In this document: positions 38,647 through 43,718 of the stretch, one piece after another
Position numbering within the stretch: the stretch's first letter is position 1
Layout: each line of letters begins with the position of its first letter
Source of the DNA: an uncultured Fimbriimonadaceae bacterium
GTDB lineage: Bacteria > Armatimonadota > Fimbriimonadia > Fimbriimonadales > Fimbriimonadaceae
Direction of reading: 5' to 3'
Assembly: GCA_964539295.1 (NCBI GenBank)
Contig: CAZIIS010000010.1
Span: forward strand, 1-43,718
Length of the DNA stretch: 43,718 bases
Program-made: the position numbers and the translations under genes
Notes under the pieces: generated by a model
What the model saw: only the letters and a program-made list of their open reading frames with translations
Database searches by the model: none
What the model was told of the DNA's origin: nothing

Positions 38647-39765
38647 ATGGCTGGAACCGAACCCGTGGCCGGAACCGAGAAGCCGAAGAAGGAGCGCCTG
38701 CTTGGGTTGGACGCCTTTCGCGGCCTGACCATCGTGCTGATGCTGATCGTCAACAACGTGGCGCTGGACGAGGCCACCCCGCCGTTGCTGACGCACGCCC
38801 CCTGGCGGGGGGGCGTCTACCTGGCCGACCTGGTGTTCCCATGGTTCCTGCTCTGCGTCGGGGTGGCCATCCCGTTTTCGCTGGCGGGTTTCCGGTCCCG
38901 CGGATTGCCGGCGTGGCGGTACGACCTGCGGGTGGTGGCGCGGATGCTGGCGCTGGTGTTCCTGGGCTGCCTCATCCAGAGCGCCATCGAGAAGCGGCCG
39001 GTGTTCTGCCTCGGCGTGTTGCAGCTTATCGGGCTGGCGTACATGGTGGGCGCGTTGCTGGCCGACCTGCCGGTTGGTCGTCGGCTGCTGATCGCGGCGA
39101 TGATGCTGGCCGGGTACGGGCTTGCCCTGCAGTACATCCCCTTGCCCGCGCTGGGGGCGCCTGCGTTTGAGGAGGAGGCGAACCTGGTGCGGCACATCAA
39201 CGAGACGTTCCTGAGGCCGTTCGGGTTGGCGGGGCTGCCCTCGGTGGCGCCGACCGGGGCGTTGGTGCTGATCGGGTCGGCGGTGGGCGACCTGCTGCTG
39301 CGGAAGGCGGTCCCGCTCGGCCGGCGCTTGGCCTGGTTGGCGCCGATCGGGTTGGCGCTGGCGGCGGCGGGCGCGGCGTGGGACCTGGCGCTGCCATACA
39401 GCAAGGCGGTTTGGAGTCCGTCGTACATCCTGTTGACGGCCGGGCTGGGCACGCTCGCCCTGTCGCTCTTCACCTTCTTGGTGGACGGCCGCGGATGGCG
39501 GGCGCCGGTCTACCCGTTGCTGGTGTTCGGCTCAAACGCGATCGCGGCCTACGTTGCGCCGATCCTGTTCAAGGTGTTGCTGTTGCAGACCTGGATGGTG
39601 AACACCCCGGCCGGACCGGCCTCGGCGCAACGCGTCTTCATCGACTCGTGCAAGGGCACGTTCGGGCCGGTGGGCGGGGGTTGGGCGTACACCTTGGCCT
39701 ACATGGCGATCTGGTGGGCCGTGCTCTGGCTGCTCTACCGCAAGCGCTGGCTCCTGCGGGTGTAG
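38647..39765 (+). CDS. HGSNAT/DUF1624-like transmembrane acyltransferase family protein
   Basis: 'LLGLDAFRGLTIVLMLIVNN' is the characteristic N-terminus of the heparan-alpha-glucosaminide N-acetyltransferase-like family. About 10 TM helices. Confidence 0.6.
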   Translation: MAGTEPVAGTEKPKKERLLGLDAFRGLTIVLMLIVNNVALDEATPPLLTHAPWRGGVYLADLVFPWFLLCVGVAIPFSLAGFRSRGLPAWRYDLRVVARMLALVFLGCLIQSAIEKRPVFCLGVLQLIGLAYMVGALLADLPVGRRLLIAAMMLAGYGLALQYIPLPALGAPAFEEEANLVRHINETFLRPFGLAGLPSVAPTGALVLIGSAVGDLLLRKAVPLGRRLAWLAPIGLALAAAGAAWDLALPYSKAVWSPSYILLTAGLGTLALSLFTFLVDGRGWRAPVYPLLVFGSNAIAAYVAPILFKVLLLQTWMVNTPAGPASAQRVFIDSCKGTFGPVGGGWAYTLAYMAIWWAVLWLLYRKRWLLRV

Positions 39766-39768
39766 CGC

Positions 39769-40851
39769 CTATCGCCCCAGGCAGAACACGACGCCGTCCT
39801 CGCTGGAGACGACCAGGCGGTCGCCCGAGACCGCCGGCGAGGCGGTTACCTTGGAGCCGAGTCGGTACGACCAAAGGCGCTTGCCGTCGGCCATCCGGAC
39901 GGCGTAGAGGTAGCCGTCGTCTGCGGCCAGCCAGGCCACCCCGCCCGCCACGGTCGGGCCGGCGTTCACCGGACCTCGGGTGAGGAAGGTCCAGCGGCCG
40001 CGCCCCGTGGCCGGGTCCAGGCAGAAGACGCGCCCGCTACGGGAGCCGAACAGAACCGCCGAGTCGGTGGCGGCGGCCCCCGAGGCGCAGGCCGCGCCGC
40101 GCTCGCGCTCCTGGAGCCGCCAAAGCTCCTTGCCGTCGCGCACCCGTACCGCCAGGTAGACGCCGCCCAGGTTGCCGGCAAAGACCCTGCCCTTCGCGTA
40201 GGCGGGGGGACCGGCGAAGTTGCCGTTGACCTTCACCGCGCGGCGCGCCCGCCCGGTGGCGAGGTCGAACAGGCGCACGTGGCCGTCGCATCCCGCGACC
40301 ACGGCGCGGCCCTCGGCCACGCACGGGCTCGCATGCACCTGCGCGCCGGTCGTCGCGCTCCAGCGCCTTTTGCCGGTCCTGGCGTCCAGGCAGTAGAGCC
40401 GTCGGTCGTAGGAGCCGAACAGCACCGTGCCGGGGCCTGGGACGGCGGAGGACACGATCTTGTCGCCGGTCTCGAAGCGCCAGAGCCGCTTGCCGTCGGC
40501 GGCGCGCACGGCGTGGAACACGCCGCCCTCGTCTCCGGCGAAGACCGTTCCGCCCACAACGCAGGGCGAGGCGCTGAAGGCGTTTGTGCCGGTGTACGAC
40601 CATTTGAGCCGCCCGTCGGCCAGGTTCAGGCAGAGCAGCTTGCCGGCCATCGTGCCGACGTAGACCCGCCCACCGACGATGGCGGCGGTCGAGAGCACGT
40701 TGGTCTTGGCGTCGACGGTCCAGAGCGTGCGAAGCGGCGGCCTGAGGTCGGTCTTCACGGCGCCGGAGTTGGCCGGGTTGCCGCGCATCGACGGCCAGTC
40801 TGCGGCGTTGGCGAGGTTGAAAAGCAGGAGCAGGGCCAGCAGTCGCTTCAT
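39769..40851 (-). CDS. PQQ-like beta-propeller repeat protein (BamB-like), secreted
   Basis: Signal peptide 'MKRLLALLLLFNLANA'. Repeated 'G.VY.G..DG.LYA.DA.TGK.LW' blades, eight by eye. The ORF-table extension to 42141 is rejected as antisense read-through of the GH2 gene. Confidence 0.8.
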   Translation of the reverse strand: MKRLLALLLLFNLANAADWPSMRGNPANSGAVKTDLRPPLRTLWTVDAKTNVLSTAAIVGGRVYVGTMAGKLLCLNLADGRLKWSYTGTNAFSASPCVVGGTVFAGDEGGVFHAVRAADGKRLWRFETGDKIVSSAVPGPGTVLFGSYDRRLYCLDARTGKRRWSATTGAQVHASPCVAEGRAVVAGCDGHVRLFDLATGRARRAVKVNGNFAGPPAYAKGRVFAGNLGGVYLAVRVRDGKELWRLQERERGAACASGAAATDSAVLFGSRSGRVFCLDPATGRGRWTFLTRGPVNAGPTVAGGVAWLAADDGYLYAVRMADGKRLWSYRLGSKVTASPAVSGDRLVVSSEDGVVFCLGR

Positions 40852-40869
40852 CGTCGTTCGCAACCGTGA

Positions 40870-43718
<2,849 letters not shown>

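Overview
This is a 43.7-kb segment of a high-GC (about 68-70%) bacterial chromosome, densely packed with genes. The source organism appears to be a diderm: L- and P-ring genes flgH/flgI, PEP-CTERM proteins and a BamB-like PQQ propeller are present. Several loci are arranged as in Firmicutes: recA-recX-rny-ymdB, a SigH-type sigma factor, and flgN-flgK-flgL-fliW-csrA. Housekeeping genes on the + strand are an RDD-family fragment, recF, a DUF721/DciA-like gene, and a ComEC that is split across two reading frames. On the - strand lie valS, an orphan ABC ATPase, cdsA, the sigH-like gene, a PKD-domain secreted protein and the recA-recX-rny-ymdB operon. A pair of PEP-CTERM genes sits on the + strand, followed by prfA, an SPFH/M50 pair, a 10-gene flagellar rod/ring/hook-associated cluster (flgF through csrA), ribF, and a divergent GT2/methyltransferase/MqnA-family operon. 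The distal third holds a 1012-aa protein of unknown function, three tandem paralogous secreted proteins with mosaic near-identical DNA segments, an HGSNAT/DUF1624-like acyltransferase, a PQQ beta-propeller and a 3'-truncated GH2 beta-galactosidase. No rRNA, tRNA, CRISPR array or obvious mobile element was seen. The supplied ORF table omits the GH2 gene because it runs off the window edge. It also contains many long antisense ORFs that are artefacts of the high GC content. The most unusual items are a duplicated 17-bp element containing a perfect 14-bp palindrome upstream of valS, the mosaic triplet of secreted paralogs, a FlgA with a rod-protein-like N-terminal extension, and the split ComEC.
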